DNA of 64,000 nucleotides from a virus (Duplodnaviria; Caudoviricetes): positions 1-64,000 of IMG/VR virus record IMGVR_UViG_3300028833_000074, one strand, 5' to 3'. Below are positions 18,601 through 27,236 of the stretch, in pieces. Numbering within the stretch: position 1 is the first letter of the stretch; every line of letters begins with the position of its first letter. The notes beneath the pieces are model-generated. The model ran no database searches and was not told where the DNA came from. It saw nothing but the letters and a program-made list of their open reading frames with translations. The translations under genes were made by a program, and so were the position numbers.

Positions 18601-20730
18601 TCTAATCTTATCGGTGGCACTCAAGAAAGATTTGGTAAAATTATGAAATTATCTAAAGATGCACAAAATCTTGAGGGGCATTTTAAAGTGTTTAAAGGCA
18701 AAGATGGAAAACCAACAAAATATGGTAAAATGTTCCAAAAAGCCGGTGGTATGGTAGAAAAAACTTTAGGAAAAGTCGCTACGAAATTTGCTGATTTCTT
18801 GCCTACTTTAATAGAGTTTTTGCCGGTTATAGCCGGTGTTGCAGCAGTCGCATTCGTTGCAGTTAAAGCATTGGAATGGTCAGCAGCATCACACGACGCA
18901 TATGTCAAAAAACTTAAAGAAGAACAAAAAGAATACACAGCACGTTCACAAGCAGAACAAAAAACATACGAAGGCGCTAAATTACGTGCTGTAAGAGGCC
19001 AATTCCAAAACGAAAGTCAGCGCACAATAGCAAATCTTCAATATGAATTATCAACTGTCAGATTAGAAGCCGCTAATGCAAGAAGGCAAGCAACCAATAT
19101 CAAATTACAAACTCAAGAAGATGACGCACTATGGGGAGAATATGGTTTACGTGCAACCCTACAGCGTAATGGATTAGGTGACCTTGTAGGTGCTGGAGAG
19201 TTTGAATCACAAGCAGATAAACATCAAGGTACAAGTAAAAAAATCAGAGAAGTCAAAGAATATTCAATGTCATGGAACCCATTTGACAATGTTACCCAAG
19301 CAGAAAGAGAAGTGGCATCATTTTATGATGCACATACAATGGCTTTTGCAGAAATAGATAACTATAAACAAGAATTAGGTGAATTATATGACTTTGAAAC
19401 TAAAATGATGCGTGTAACTGGCTCACAAGAAGCCGCACGTAACTCTATGCAATTCCAATTAATGCTCGATAAACAAGCAGAAAAAATGGGAATGGTAGGA
19501 GAGGAAGATAAAGTATTACAATATCTTGATTGGATGCAAACAGAACAACAAGTCGATACAGCATCACAAGCCATGCAAGCACAAGCAGACACCATGGTAG
19601 GAAATGCCGAATTAAAGGCAATGGCAATTAGTCAAGGTGTAACACCAGAAGAATTGCAAGATATCAGCGACCCAGAAACACGTCAAAAGATTTTAGAAGC
19701 ACAAGCAGATATGATAAGACAACAAGCCGCAAGTCAATTATGGTGGCAAGGAGTATGGGCAGCGCTTTCATCATATATGTGGTATCTAATTACTCCATTC
19801 ATATTAGTGGTTGATGCTATAACAGCAATTTGGGATACAATGGCAAATATCGGTTTGATTATTAAGGAGGCAGTATGGGGTACAGACGGTTGGAAACAAG
19901 AAGATAAAGACGCTATCGAAGGATATCATAACAGAATGAAAGATAAAGCAGATTTTATCATCAATAACCCAATCGTTACCGAAGCACAAAAATCCAATGC
20001 TTATTTTGAAGCAAGTGACGAATTGCGTAATACCGATTTATCAGCAACCGGTGAAAGTGCAGTTAGCGAATGGGATAGAGGTGATTTTGGTAATGCACCA
20101 TCTGCTGGTTTTACTGGTGGCGTAAGTGGAACATACATGAACCAAGGTACTATGAATAAAACAACCGGCACTACATATCAATCTAAAACAACATCATCAT
20201 CATCTAATAATGCAAAACAAACATCAAATACATCATCTTCTAACAACGCACAGCATACCACTAATACTTCACATAATAGTCAAGTGACAACACATAATCA
20301 ACAAACCACCCAAGAAGATAATAAGCCAAAAACTTTAGAAGAAGCGGTTTTGTCAATTGAAGAAATGGTACGTGTTATTGCACAAGCAATGGCCCCAACT
20401 GCATTTTTAAATAATTGGGGTAGCAGTCTATTTGGTGATGAATCAAGTATACCAGATAATGCATTAGATAATGTCTTTAGTAAAGGTGGCAATAAGAATG
20501 TACAATATGGTAGTCAAGCACCAATTACCATTAATGAAGTTAATATTAATACAGAAGATGACCCAGAAAAAATTAAAACTGCTCTCATGAATTTAATAGT
20601 AGAGTTACAAGAACAAGTATCACCAAGAATCGTATCAAGAAGTATTGGTGGTCAAAGTGGTAATACAGATACAAGCGCAAAACCAGAAGACCAAAAAACG
20701 ACAGATAATAAAACAAGTCCAACAATATAA
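12628..20730 (+). CDS. Tail tape measure protein with a large low-complexity insertion
   Basis: N-terminal TP901-family TMP core ('GLEALARAG', 'AIAQLG/ELAGTALRAF', 'ALARIGL'), hydrophobic segments, and C-terminal 'ITINEVNINTEDDPEKI'. Start at ATG 12628 after AAGGAAG. Confidence 0.92.
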   Translation: MSNFSTITTADDYVNYVFQISTRGVSEATSELVGVGHTIQNVLGNLAFKTAEYLTHTETLAMSFGLAAAASFTHATKSAIAFQQATASVEAISGQQLSGSYIGERAMAMSNQFGLAVSDMTQGLEALARAGITAESSLNQLLQSGVQMSKFEGRDLEESINDILSTTNLLNPDVDMNSPEYAQIVADLNQRIISTSESAPINAKNIMDTIQHVGGYASAANLDQEDLFATIAQLGAKGTRGELAGTALRAFVSAGQKDTAQRALARIGLDVSDLWDESGEAMLPISEMKRVLDDALTANGYSAQQRLEFYSDFVGYKQANQIMKIDPSSIDTYKDKIDHAMSVTDKMNIILGTVQGTWSQISNTVSNFMTKVGGVLLPVIHALLVPIKFIVQAIDAIPFGHVPVAAGLLLVSFKGIAVAINNIIPTIASFMLNMDRTQENAKGISGFVKETVRDLKQAKDILLSVRNPEAMAQHVRERTIKSTNKRMQKDLESAAIEEILRQQMGVKEDENGMKDYVWNTLSDQEKTYYMEIKRPDQSAIDAEVESIMKYYNLRYRAFLDAVHKQDPQGYVGDEEGNLQPIPAWAPPMKGWTGIETIGMDWAWLEKTLNDIAESLHNQNNNHDPWREPFGGNRPPSGGTASGGSSSTSGGSSRRSSSSGSSSTSGGSSSSDSSSSRSSSSSGSSSSSSGASSSNRSSSSSSSSGGSSSSGSPSSNRSSSGGSTSSSSGSSSRREHSEEIVNVLTSTFNLNAKIYNKLDTILSTLIECCGRKAEKVSQASNNPSQIPSNTHTAENTRKSSGTKSGSKSSGTKGSSKSSGTKSSRKSSGTKSSGKSSGAKGGRKSSGTKSSSKPSSPKAEQPSFSQGTTPPKQDIPDFNKQAQELLASAIMNAHTEGLGHMSSKDLNKALTPDKIRNISPEKINEAIAGYNKPVKGKDRPYPIKSISKNTPIEKMEEKKSQALKELYDRAKGKGGDPYFKQAGRQANQTFQLEDEKGNPKYYKVKPRLAGTEKGSEQLAADIREKYKGDDEDFYNMIKRQPWASGAENQSTMGGTTQPSQSNNANINDNIPSMTEDEEVYVDTDATLTVDGQNQEKRQETKAMDVNVSGGSGASVNNTSSFNPSTNIAPNTNTNINANANANAGANTQPSTSAVQTTFNVNTQNNMHDATSSENSQKILSGALGQGSPLSNTSQTTLSAFTNGEEEIEDNINVDATTHITTPSESENENTNNANMNIHVSGSTGGKGGSSGGNNSSMVINNNVSPNITTQMQMQKLDEGTASSPTNDINVNMNMQNTANNSTSFNNSQSLMNNVDNQSTLDDFQSSKPLLDLGLSEGGEEEMEIDMSDEIILPNLTNESSVDSSSGGSSSLTFDIGGGNAGTNHNTVVNNNINVSTPSLDASTPTLDNFMSNAPMTPALQQAVRPPASIPTPTKQTTLTGGANTPANNMNITMQDNIDNASAMSGVDVGGGAAVAPSAGSSLNLGGGMELDTGGEEDIYLDTSAVVDLDPSFLKGTTQQGGRPRGNFTLNMQPDKGSSRSNLAKVGSRGRRGGFVRPSGRSLRSSSPLRSPSSRMARTPNINTPSVGNFAGNIPQIPNTNTTSGPQGSDANNSAKISIDMSSGQGTTNSTMEHIVRVADNNASDNNLIGTQNAQNALSGQPTKKPLEVISSTTQGLEDSSETTSAESEEEIEVEVEDTGDLLLQPNFNLAVGIDGVSSPESKNTNKRLSCCDLILRALDKIINLLSSTQTTLTSSFEEITKPLTTMAEGVKTQQTVSESQHKETDEERQARYAQENQKIMSGLHGAAQENVEEWEKKRAERKRRIFNSIENQEIMSGLQYSTQYEAEKEAAARKQRMIDDNKTMFKGLWNAAQENYQTTPEYIREQEIRESYARAGDAYRGSIFGRIGSRISDAFTQDNLKDAKGKVNSGKKSLIDKLDAKLGPKLKDGDKELDIHREIFGEKGREAQEKMNAASGIAKDLGLDRTAEVIDFGSNLIGGTQERFGKIMKLSKDAQNLEGHFKVFKGKDGKPTKYGKMFQKAGGMVEKTLGKVATKFADFLPTLIEFLPVIAGVAAVAFVAVKALEWSAASHDAYVKKLKEEQKEYTARSQAEQKTYEGAKLRAVRGQFQNESQRTIANLQYELSTVRLEAANARRQATNIKLQTQEDDALWGEYGLRATLQRNGLGDLVGAGEFESQADKHQGTSKKIREVKEYSMSWNPFDNVTQAEREVASFYDAHTMAFAEIDNYKQELGELYDFETKMMRVTGSQEAARNSMQFQLMLDKQAEKMGMVGEEDKVLQYLDWMQTEQQVDTASQAMQAQADTMVGNAELKAMAISQGVTPEELQDISDPETRQKILEAQADMIRQQAASQLWWQGVWAALSSYMWYLITPFILVVDAITAIWDTMANIGLIIKEAVWGTDGWKQEDKDAIEGYHNRMKDKADFIINNPIVTEAQKSNAYFEASDELRNTDLSATGESAVSEWDRGDFGNAPSAGFTGGVSGTYMNQGTMNKTTGTTYQSKTTSSSSNNAKQTSNTSSSNNAQHTTNTSHNSQVTTHNQQTTQEDNKPKTLEEAVLSIEEMVRVIAQAMAPTAFLNNWGSSLFGDESSIPDNALDNVFSKGGNKNVQYGSQAPITINEVNINTEDDPEKIKTALMNLIVELQEQVSPRIVSRSIGGQSGNTDTSAKPEDQKTTDNKTSPTI
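14533..14820 (+). repeat. Ser/Gly low-complexity repeat tract in the TMP
   Basis: Recurrent agttcatcaag(t/c)ggt units encoding SSSSGSSS. Confidence 0.85.
15016..15177 (+). repeat. Six 27-bp tandem repeats (KSSGTKxxx) in the TMP
   Basis: aaatc(a/t)tc(c/t)gg(c/t)(a/g)ctaaa(a/g)gt... repeats every 27 nt. Confidence 0.9.
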
Positions 20731-20740
20731 AGTGATATAA

Positions 20741-21724
20741 ATGGCACAACAAACTTCAGAAAATAATGAGCAAGGAAAAAGTATCGATTGGGCAGAACAA
20801 GGCGTAACAAATACCGGTTATTTTGAAGGATATGATATGTATGCAGTTTATGCTGATGACCGAGATTATGCTGGTCTTGCCCAACAAATGGAAGATGCAT
20901 ATGATAGTAGTGTACCAGCCGCTTATAAATCGCAATTTCGTAAATGGGCTAACCAACAAGGTGTTATGAAAATTGTACCACACCAACAAAAACAACGCTT
21001 TAGTTATTCTAACATTGCTTATATTGCTGAAGGATTAGACGCACCAGTACCACAAATTGTGCCTATTGCTAATGTATCATACGTACCCCATCAAATTTCT
21101 TTCAATTTCTTTGATTCATCAGAAGGGAAAATAGGTGTATCAAATCCAGTAGAAAAATGTGCATCATTAGAAATTGATATTTATGTAAGCGAGTTAGTTT
21201 ACTTTTGGTGGAATCATGGATATAAAAAAGATAAGGTACAAAAATACACACAAACCACACACGTTGATGGTCATGGAACCAAAGTTGATACCGGTGCAGA
21301 AATGATTGTTGGAGAAGAATTGCATTCTGACTGGAAAGGTTTAAAATATTTATCAAGTCGTGATGGGTTAATTAATTCATTAGGACATGATTGGGATGCT
21401 AAAGACCTTGACAAAATGAGTTTTGTAAATTTTGAAGATACAACAGATTTCATGGATTTTAGAAGCAGTTTCTTAACGCAATATAGCGGATGGGTATGTC
21501 GTTTTGTTAGTCATGCATTTCCAACTTTTTATGGCGTTATCACCGACATTAAATATGATATTTCTGAAGGTGAAACTTGGGCAAAATATCATGTTAAAAT
21601 TGAAGAAGCGGTATTTACTTTAGATTATAATGCTGCTGGTAAAACAACAGATACAAGTACGACAACAACATCCGGTGGTAGCACAACAAATTCTGGCGAC
21701 GCAACTAACGACCAAACACAATAA
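20741..21724 (+). CDS. Tail-tube initiator / distal tail-like protein (putative)
   Basis: Directly after the TMP, GTGAT RBS. 'FYGVITDIKYDISEGE..AKYHVKIEE' is a tube-fold pattern. Confidence 0.55.
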   Translation: MAQQTSENNEQGKSIDWAEQGVTNTGYFEGYDMYAVYADDRDYAGLAQQMEDAYDSSVPAAYKSQFRKWANQQGVMKIVPHQQKQRFSYSNIAYIAEGLDAPVPQIVPIANVSYVPHQISFNFFDSSEGKIGVSNPVEKCASLEIDIYVSELVYFWWNHGYKKDKVQKYTQTTHVDGHGTKVDTGAEMIVGEELHSDWKGLKYLSSRDGLINSLGHDWDAKDLDKMSFVNFEDTTDFMDFRSSFLTQYSGWVCRFVSHAFPTFYGVITDIKYDISEGETWAKYHVKIEEAVFTLDYNAAGKTTDTSTTTTSGGSTTNSGDATNDQTQ

Positions 21725-21752
21725 TTATATTAATTTTAATGAGGCTTAAATA

Positions 21753-23159
21753 ATGTCTAAACAAAATAAAGACACAAATACAACACCATCTATTCAATCA
21801 ATACAAAATTTAGGTAGCGCAGCAAAAACAACAGTACCCAGCAACGAGTTCGTTGTCATCACAAAAGCCGATAATTTAGCGCATAATTACTTTCATTATT
21901 GCGAAGTTTATTGGGATATTGGCGACTGCCTTTCACAAGCCATCATACGCTTTTCAAAATCAAACCACACAAACACAAACTACTGGTTAAAATACGAAGG
22001 CGACATATGGTTGTATACCGGTCATGATATCCATAAGGATTCAAAAAGCAATCAAGAATATTATGATTTGGATGTTGGGGAACCGCCCTTTTTTGTCGGC
22101 GAAGTATATGACGTGCAAGAATACGCATATGAATTTGAAGTAAAAATACGTAGCATAGGCTTTAGATTTAAACAAAGCATTCCAGATGAGTTTAGACAAG
22201 CATATATCAATGGACAAAATGTTCGTGACGCCTTCCAAGCCATATGTGAATTTTTAGGTGTCAAATATATTTGCCCACCACAAAATGTACAACTTAATGC
22301 TAATGCCAGTTTAGGTGGTACTGAAAAAGAATTAGAGCAAACGCAACAAAAAGAACAAGCATTAGCGACACAAATTGCACAAAAAGCCACTAAAGAATTA
22401 AATAAAACAGAAACTAATAATAAAAATCAAACTTCAGACAACGCAACAGAAAATCAAGATAACAATGCCGACACAGAAAGCGTGCAAGACACACCACAAC
22501 AAGGATATAACAATGTTAGTTTTGATGCAAATGGAGCCATTACATATAATGATACAGTTATTGAAATTTCACCAGACACTTCACAAACACTTATGTCAAT
22601 GACAGATGATGCATTTAGCGCATACGCCGAAGATGATACACATGTCATAGACGATATCAAAGATTTTTTAAACAATAAAGTTTTTGAAGAAATACATCCA
22701 TTCTATTTAGATTATGGCTCTGTAACAATCCCCCCAAGTAGCACAACATCAAGTGATATGTCATCTATGGGTGGTGGGGCTGCAAATGGAGGAAGTACAT
22801 CTCCAGCAGACCAAGAAGCGATTACATCATTATCAAGTTTAGTTCAAAAATATTACCCAGCGTCTAAAGATAAAAATAAATGGGTCAATAAATTAAAAGA
22901 ATGCGACAATAATTGGTCAGCAGTTGCAACTATTGTTAATCAAATGGGTGGAGATAAGGACAAACAAAATAACGTTATTAAAGAAGCATTAAAAATTAAA
23001 AAACAATATAATAAGAAGAAAAGCCAAGAAAAACAAAATAAAAAACCAACATACAAGGTTAGAGACACCATGAAGGCTGCCGGAATACCAACAAACCTCA
23101 ATGCATCAGATGAGGCGATTGGTAAAGCATTAAATAAAATGTTCCGAATTAATAAGTGA
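21753..23159 (+). CDS. Baseplate hub-like protein A (N-terminal hub half + low-complexity tail)
   Basis: 'FFVGEVYDVQEYAYEFEVKIRSIGFRFKQ...VRDAFQAICEFLGV' resembles XkdQ/gp27-type hub N-halves. Paralog of the ORF ending at 25822. Confidence 0.6.
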   Translation: MSKQNKDTNTTPSIQSIQNLGSAAKTTVPSNEFVVITKADNLAHNYFHYCEVYWDIGDCLSQAIIRFSKSNHTNTNYWLKYEGDIWLYTGHDIHKDSKSNQEYYDLDVGEPPFFVGEVYDVQEYAYEFEVKIRSIGFRFKQSIPDEFRQAYINGQNVRDAFQAICEFLGVKYICPPQNVQLNANASLGGTEKELEQTQQKEQALATQIAQKATKELNKTETNNKNQTSDNATENQDNNADTESVQDTPQQGYNNVSFDANGAITYNDTVIEISPDTSQTLMSMTDDAFSAYAEDDTHVIDDIKDFLNNKVFEEIHPFYLDYGSVTIPPSSTTSSDMSSMGGGAANGGSTSPADQEAITSLSSLVQKYYPASKDKNKWVNKLKECDNNWSAVATIVNQMGGDKDKQNNVIKEALKIKKQYNKKKSQEKQNKKPTYKVRDTMKAAGIPTNLNASDEAIGKALNKMFRINK

Positions 23160-23163
23160 TAAT

Positions 23164-24603
23164 ATGGCTGACGATAAAAACACAGAAAATACTCAAAATA
23201 ATGGGTCCGGAAACACTAATAATAATAGTGAAGCGCAAAATGCTGAAACCATCACTATTACTAACCCATATGGCTTATGCGGTACTTGTGGTTGGGAGCC
23301 AGATGGTGATAAATCTTATAAAAATTATTGCCCTATGTGCCATAAAACCGGTACACTTATTATACACCAAAGTTTTTCTAATAGCGGACAAGCAACCGAA
23401 CAAGAAGAAATTAGTTGTCGTGGCGATGGTGGTTGTGGCTCCGACTTTTGTGGTAAATGTGGAGATGAATTGGATGGTACACATCGTAGTAAATTGATAC
23501 CGGCTGATGGTGCTGTTAGTGATTCTTCATCAAGTAGTTCTGGAAGTGGTGCGCAAATTAAAGATAAAACATTTGAAGATTGCATTAGGCGTATATGTGC
23601 TGCAACAGATTCGATTTTTATTATAGAAAATAATGCTGCAGTATTATTTCCATATACTGATTGGTTAGCCTTTACATTATATAAAGAAACATCCACCATT
23701 AAAAGTGAAGATATTGACCCAGAAATATACGAAGCAGAATATAGTACTGATGGGGCATACAACAAGGTTACAGCAGTTTGGGGGGGCGCTGAATTGCCTA
23801 AAAAAGTTTTTAATGTTGCTGACACAATTAAACACATAGGCGATAAAACAACAACAACAGAAAAAAATAATGATGATGGTACAGTTTTGTTCTCTAAACA
23901 ATATGACGCTTTGGTAGACCAATTTGGTGAATTAGAAAAAAGAGTGCAACTACAAGTCAATGATAGGGGTACTGCTGAATATATCGTCAACGCATTACTT
24001 ATCCAATATGTACGTGAATTTAATAACAATTATAAAATCAGAACACTCAATAATCAAAAATACATTGGTGGCACTTTCTATACAGTACAAAATTTATATG
24101 GTCCTACAAGCACATTATACCTTAATGGATATACTATCAGAACACAAAAAGACGAACCATTATATGTAGACCTTGATTTTAGATATGGACCAGAAGGTGT
24201 TGAAGATATAGGTGATTATCAAAAATACACCGGTGGTGGCTCTGGTGGCGCAAGTAATGGTCAAGTTATTGGTAGCGACGCTATTGAAGTTGGAAACTCA
24301 TTAGCATCTATGTATACTTTTTGTGCTGGAAGTGGTGCAGAATCATACGAAGCCATGAAAACAAAAAAATGTGGCTCTTGTTGGGCATGGTCTGACGCAT
24401 TATATACAGAATTAACAAAAATTGGATATACATGTCGTATTGTTGAATACGCTACAAGTATGGCATCAAACCATAGAAGTGTACAATACAAAGATGAATC
24501 TGGACAATGGGTTGATTATCCATATCGTGATACTAATATTCCTAATTTGGCATATAATACATCCGGCTCATCAAATGGTAAAGTTATCGTTGGTGGTGAT
24601 TAA
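23164..24603 (+). CDS. Baseplate hub C-half with an N-terminal 8-Cys zinc finger and a C-terminal transglutaminase-like cysteine peptidase
   Basis: CxxC clusters. 'KTFEDCIRRICAATDSIFII', 'YNKVTAVW', 'LVDQFGELEK' hub segment. C-terminal 'GSCWAWSDALY...GYTCRIVEY...NHRSVQY...WVDYPY'. Confidence 0.7.
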   Translation: MADDKNTENTQNNGSGNTNNNSEAQNAETITITNPYGLCGTCGWEPDGDKSYKNYCPMCHKTGTLIIHQSFSNSGQATEQEEISCRGDGGCGSDFCGKCGDELDGTHRSKLIPADGAVSDSSSSSSGSGAQIKDKTFEDCIRRICAATDSIFIIENNAAVLFPYTDWLAFTLYKETSTIKSEDIDPEIYEAEYSTDGAYNKVTAVWGGAELPKKVFNVADTIKHIGDKTTTTEKNNDDGTVLFSKQYDALVDQFGELEKRVQLQVNDRGTAEYIVNALLIQYVREFNNNYKIRTLNNQKYIGGTFYTVQNLYGPTSTLYLNGYTIRTQKDEPLYVDLDFRYGPEGVEDIGDYQKYTGGGSGGASNGQVIGSDAIEVGNSLASMYTFCAGSGAESYEAMKTKKCGSCWAWSDALYTELTKIGYTCRIVEYATSMASNHRSVQYKDESGQWVDYPYRDTNIPNLAYNTSGSSNGKVIVGGD

Positions 24604-24640
24604 TATACAAGATACACTTCATACAGACTTCAATATTGAC

Positions 24641-25822
24641 ATGACAGTCGTTACTATGGCAGATGGATTAGAGCATAATTATTTTTCATATATCACATGG
24701 CTAAAAGACAATGCATCACCAGTTGGAACAGCAACTTTAGTGACTGCTTACATACCTCATATCTTGCGCTATTGGAATGCTTATGACAATGTTGTAATCT
24801 TATCCGCAAAATTAGAGAACAACCATAACAATACAAATACAGAAGAATATTATTCTACTGTAGTAAATGCTCATTATCAAGTGCAAGATGCAAAACATCG
24901 TATTAATGATGCAAAATACAAACGTCACCACACAAAAACACCTTTAGATATACCAAGACAAAGATTAATCAATACTGATTATAATTATTCATTCATAGGT
25001 AAAATTGATAAAGTTAAACAACGTGGTACTGAAATTCTCATTACATTAAAAGATATTGGCTGGAAATTTACACAGCATGTACCAAAAGATTTCAGAGATA
25101 ATTATATTGCAGACCAATATTTAGATGACGCTTTTCAATCAATGTGTGAATTTTTAGAAGTAGATTTTGCATATAGCATAGAAACATTACATGAATACAA
25201 GTTTGCGTCCGATGGATATTCAGTTACAAAAGATAATGAAACAATTGAAAATGTACCTAACACAATTCAAAACTTAACTGAATCAGATAGCATTAAGGCT
25301 ATATCAGATAGTCGTTATACAATGGAAAATGATGACTTAAATGAATATAATAAGAAAAAAGAACAAACGCAAACAAATACTCAAAATGCGACAAATGAAG
25401 CCACGTCTATAGCATCAAGTGTTGTTAATCAAGTGTCTGATAAAATTAGTACAAATCAAAATAATAATACAGAAGACACCGGCATTGATGAAAAGGTGCA
25501 ATTATATAAACAAGAATTTCACGAAAAAATTCGTGACTTATTTATTGGAAATAGTTATTACGATTCCAATTTAGTTAGCAATGTTATGAATTATGATGCC
25601 ATCACCAAAACCTCAACGAATAATACGAATGATTCACAAATAGAAAATATTGATGATAAAAAAGAAAACAAGAAAGACGATAAGCAAAATAAAACGCAAT
25701 CAAATCAATCTCATATAACAACTTATAAAGCCAAAAATATATCTCAAGTTATTGGGTTACATAGCATTAACGCTTCAGACCAAGATATCATTGCGGCCGG
25801 TAAAAAAATTTTTAATAAGTGA
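24641..25822 (+). CDS. Baseplate hub-like protein B (paralog of 21753..23159)
   Basis: Blocks shared with hub A (ADGLEHNYF / ADNLAHNYF; DFRDNYI..LDDAFQSMCEFL / EFRQAYI..VRDAFQAICEFL; INASDQDI / LNASDEAI). Start uncertain (ATG 24641, or non-canonical ATA 24605). Confidence 0.65.
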   Translation: MTVVTMADGLEHNYFSYITWLKDNASPVGTATLVTAYIPHILRYWNAYDNVVILSAKLENNHNNTNTEEYYSTVVNAHYQVQDAKHRINDAKYKRHHTKTPLDIPRQRLINTDYNYSFIGKIDKVKQRGTEILITLKDIGWKFTQHVPKDFRDNYIADQYLDDAFQSMCEFLEVDFAYSIETLHEYKFASDGYSVTKDNETIENVPNTIQNLTESDSIKAISDSRYTMENDDLNEYNKKKEQTQTNTQNATNEATSIASSVVNQVSDKISTNQNNNTEDTGIDEKVQLYKQEFHEKIRDLFIGNSYYDSNLVSNVMNYDAITKTSTNNTNDSQIENIDDKKENKKDDKQNKTQSNQSHITTYKAKNISQVIGLHSINASDQDIIAAGKKIFNK

Positions 25823-25827
25823 TAATA

Positions 25828-27234
25828 ATGAAAAAAAGTTTTAGACCAACACCACATCGCTTCCAAAAGTCTATGCAAACTATTACTGGTAATAAAAGTA
25901 ATGCATTAGTTCGAGATATAGAAGAAGCCGAAGGCGAATTAGAAGAAAAAACTGGTGTTGTTGTATCAATTGAAAAAAATAAAATCACCGGTAATGGTTG
26001 GGTAGTTAAAGACCAAGATGGAAAAATGTATCAATGCAATTGTGCATCAAATATGTATGAAATACCATCATCCAATGAAAGAGGTGGTATTTTATATCCA
26101 GAAGGCACAATTACATGTAAATTTACTATCAATCCAGTATTAAAAGTAAATACAATTACAGAAATCACCGGTCAAGACAATAACAAAATTGATATTAGTA
26201 AATGGACACACAAAGACCAAGACACAACTGTTATCGCAAAACCAAATGCAGCAGTTTCTGTTTCTAATGGTGGAATTTCATTCAATTATGATGAATATAG
26301 TAGAATAGATATTAATCATAAAGGTATTGATATTAAAACTGATAATATTACTATCAATGAACAAGACGTAAGTGATATTTTAAAAAATATTACAGCATTA
26401 CCACCTAATATTCCGGTGCCGGTTAAAACAGATACATATGATGGTATTCAAGCCACTACAAATGGAACCATGGTGCAAGCAACAATATACGATGGAGATA
26501 TAGATGTATATTCTTTTGAACGTGTAATAGCAAATATTTTAGACCAATCAGAAGCACCTATTGAAACACAAGTATTTCCATTATTAACTGACGATGGTAT
26601 TGATGAACTTAAAGTATATCCAAATGGTATTATCACTATCAAAGGCAAACAAGGAAAAAAAAATATACATTGTACACAAAATTGGCTTACATCACAAGTA
26701 AAAAACATTATCACAATAACTGTATCTTCATTTTGTGATTATTGCCCATATCATAATAAAAGTCAAGCGCAATACATTAATTATTGTCCAGTATGTCAAT
26801 CATGGCATAGTTTATATATTAACAAAAGCAACATACAATGTCAGACATGTGGTACAATTTTTTGTGGAGCATGTGGCCATAATTTATCAGATGAATATAA
26901 TACAAATGGCTTAAAAGAATATGACACAAATTATATTATTATTGATGGTGATAGTTGCAATTATTGTAACGATATTTTAATTAACGATACTTCCAAGGAA
27001 TTTGTCAATTATTGTCCATCATGTAAAAAATGGGGGCAATTGAGTGTCGATTCAGTTATATCTGATAATGGTTTTGATAACCAATTATATTGCGAAAGTT
27101 GTCATACATATTATTGTGGTGTATGTGGTACGCAACAAGCAAATTACCAACAAAAATCTTTTATAAATGATGTTATAAAATATGATGATTATATTAGAAA
27201 AATGAATAAGGTATTATATATTAAGGAGAGTTAA
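25828..27234 (+). CDS. Baseplate central spike-like protein with two C-terminal 8-Cys zinc-finger modules
   Basis: N-terminal 'KTGVVVSI' OB-fold-like start, then a beta-strand region (VSVSNGGISF, IDINHKGIDIKTDNITIN), then two NYCPxC/CGxCG repeats. Precedes baseplate J. Confidence 0.55.
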   Translation: MKKSFRPTPHRFQKSMQTITGNKSNALVRDIEEAEGELEEKTGVVVSIEKNKITGNGWVVKDQDGKMYQCNCASNMYEIPSSNERGGILYPEGTITCKFTINPVLKVNTITEITGQDNNKIDISKWTHKDQDTTVIAKPNAAVSVSNGGISFNYDEYSRIDINHKGIDIKTDNITINEQDVSDILKNITALPPNIPVPVKTDTYDGIQATTNGTMVQATIYDGDIDVYSFERVIANILDQSEAPIETQVFPLLTDDGIDELKVYPNGIITIKGKQGKKNIHCTQNWLTSQVKNIITITVSSFCDYCPYHNKSQAQYINYCPVCQSWHSLYINKSNIQCQTCGTIFCGACGHNLSDEYNTNGLKEYDTNYIIIDGDSCNYCNDILINDTSKEFVNYCPSCKKWGQLSVDSVISDNGFDNQLYCESCHTYYCGVCGTQQANYQQKSFINDVIKYDDYIRKMNKVLYIKES

Positions 27235-27236
27235 AG

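Noticed and set aside
24422-24604. N-terminal 60 aa of the 466-aa ORF as called in the track
   Set aside because: It overlaps the catalytic domain of the upstream gene, and homology to the paralog begins only after ~24620.
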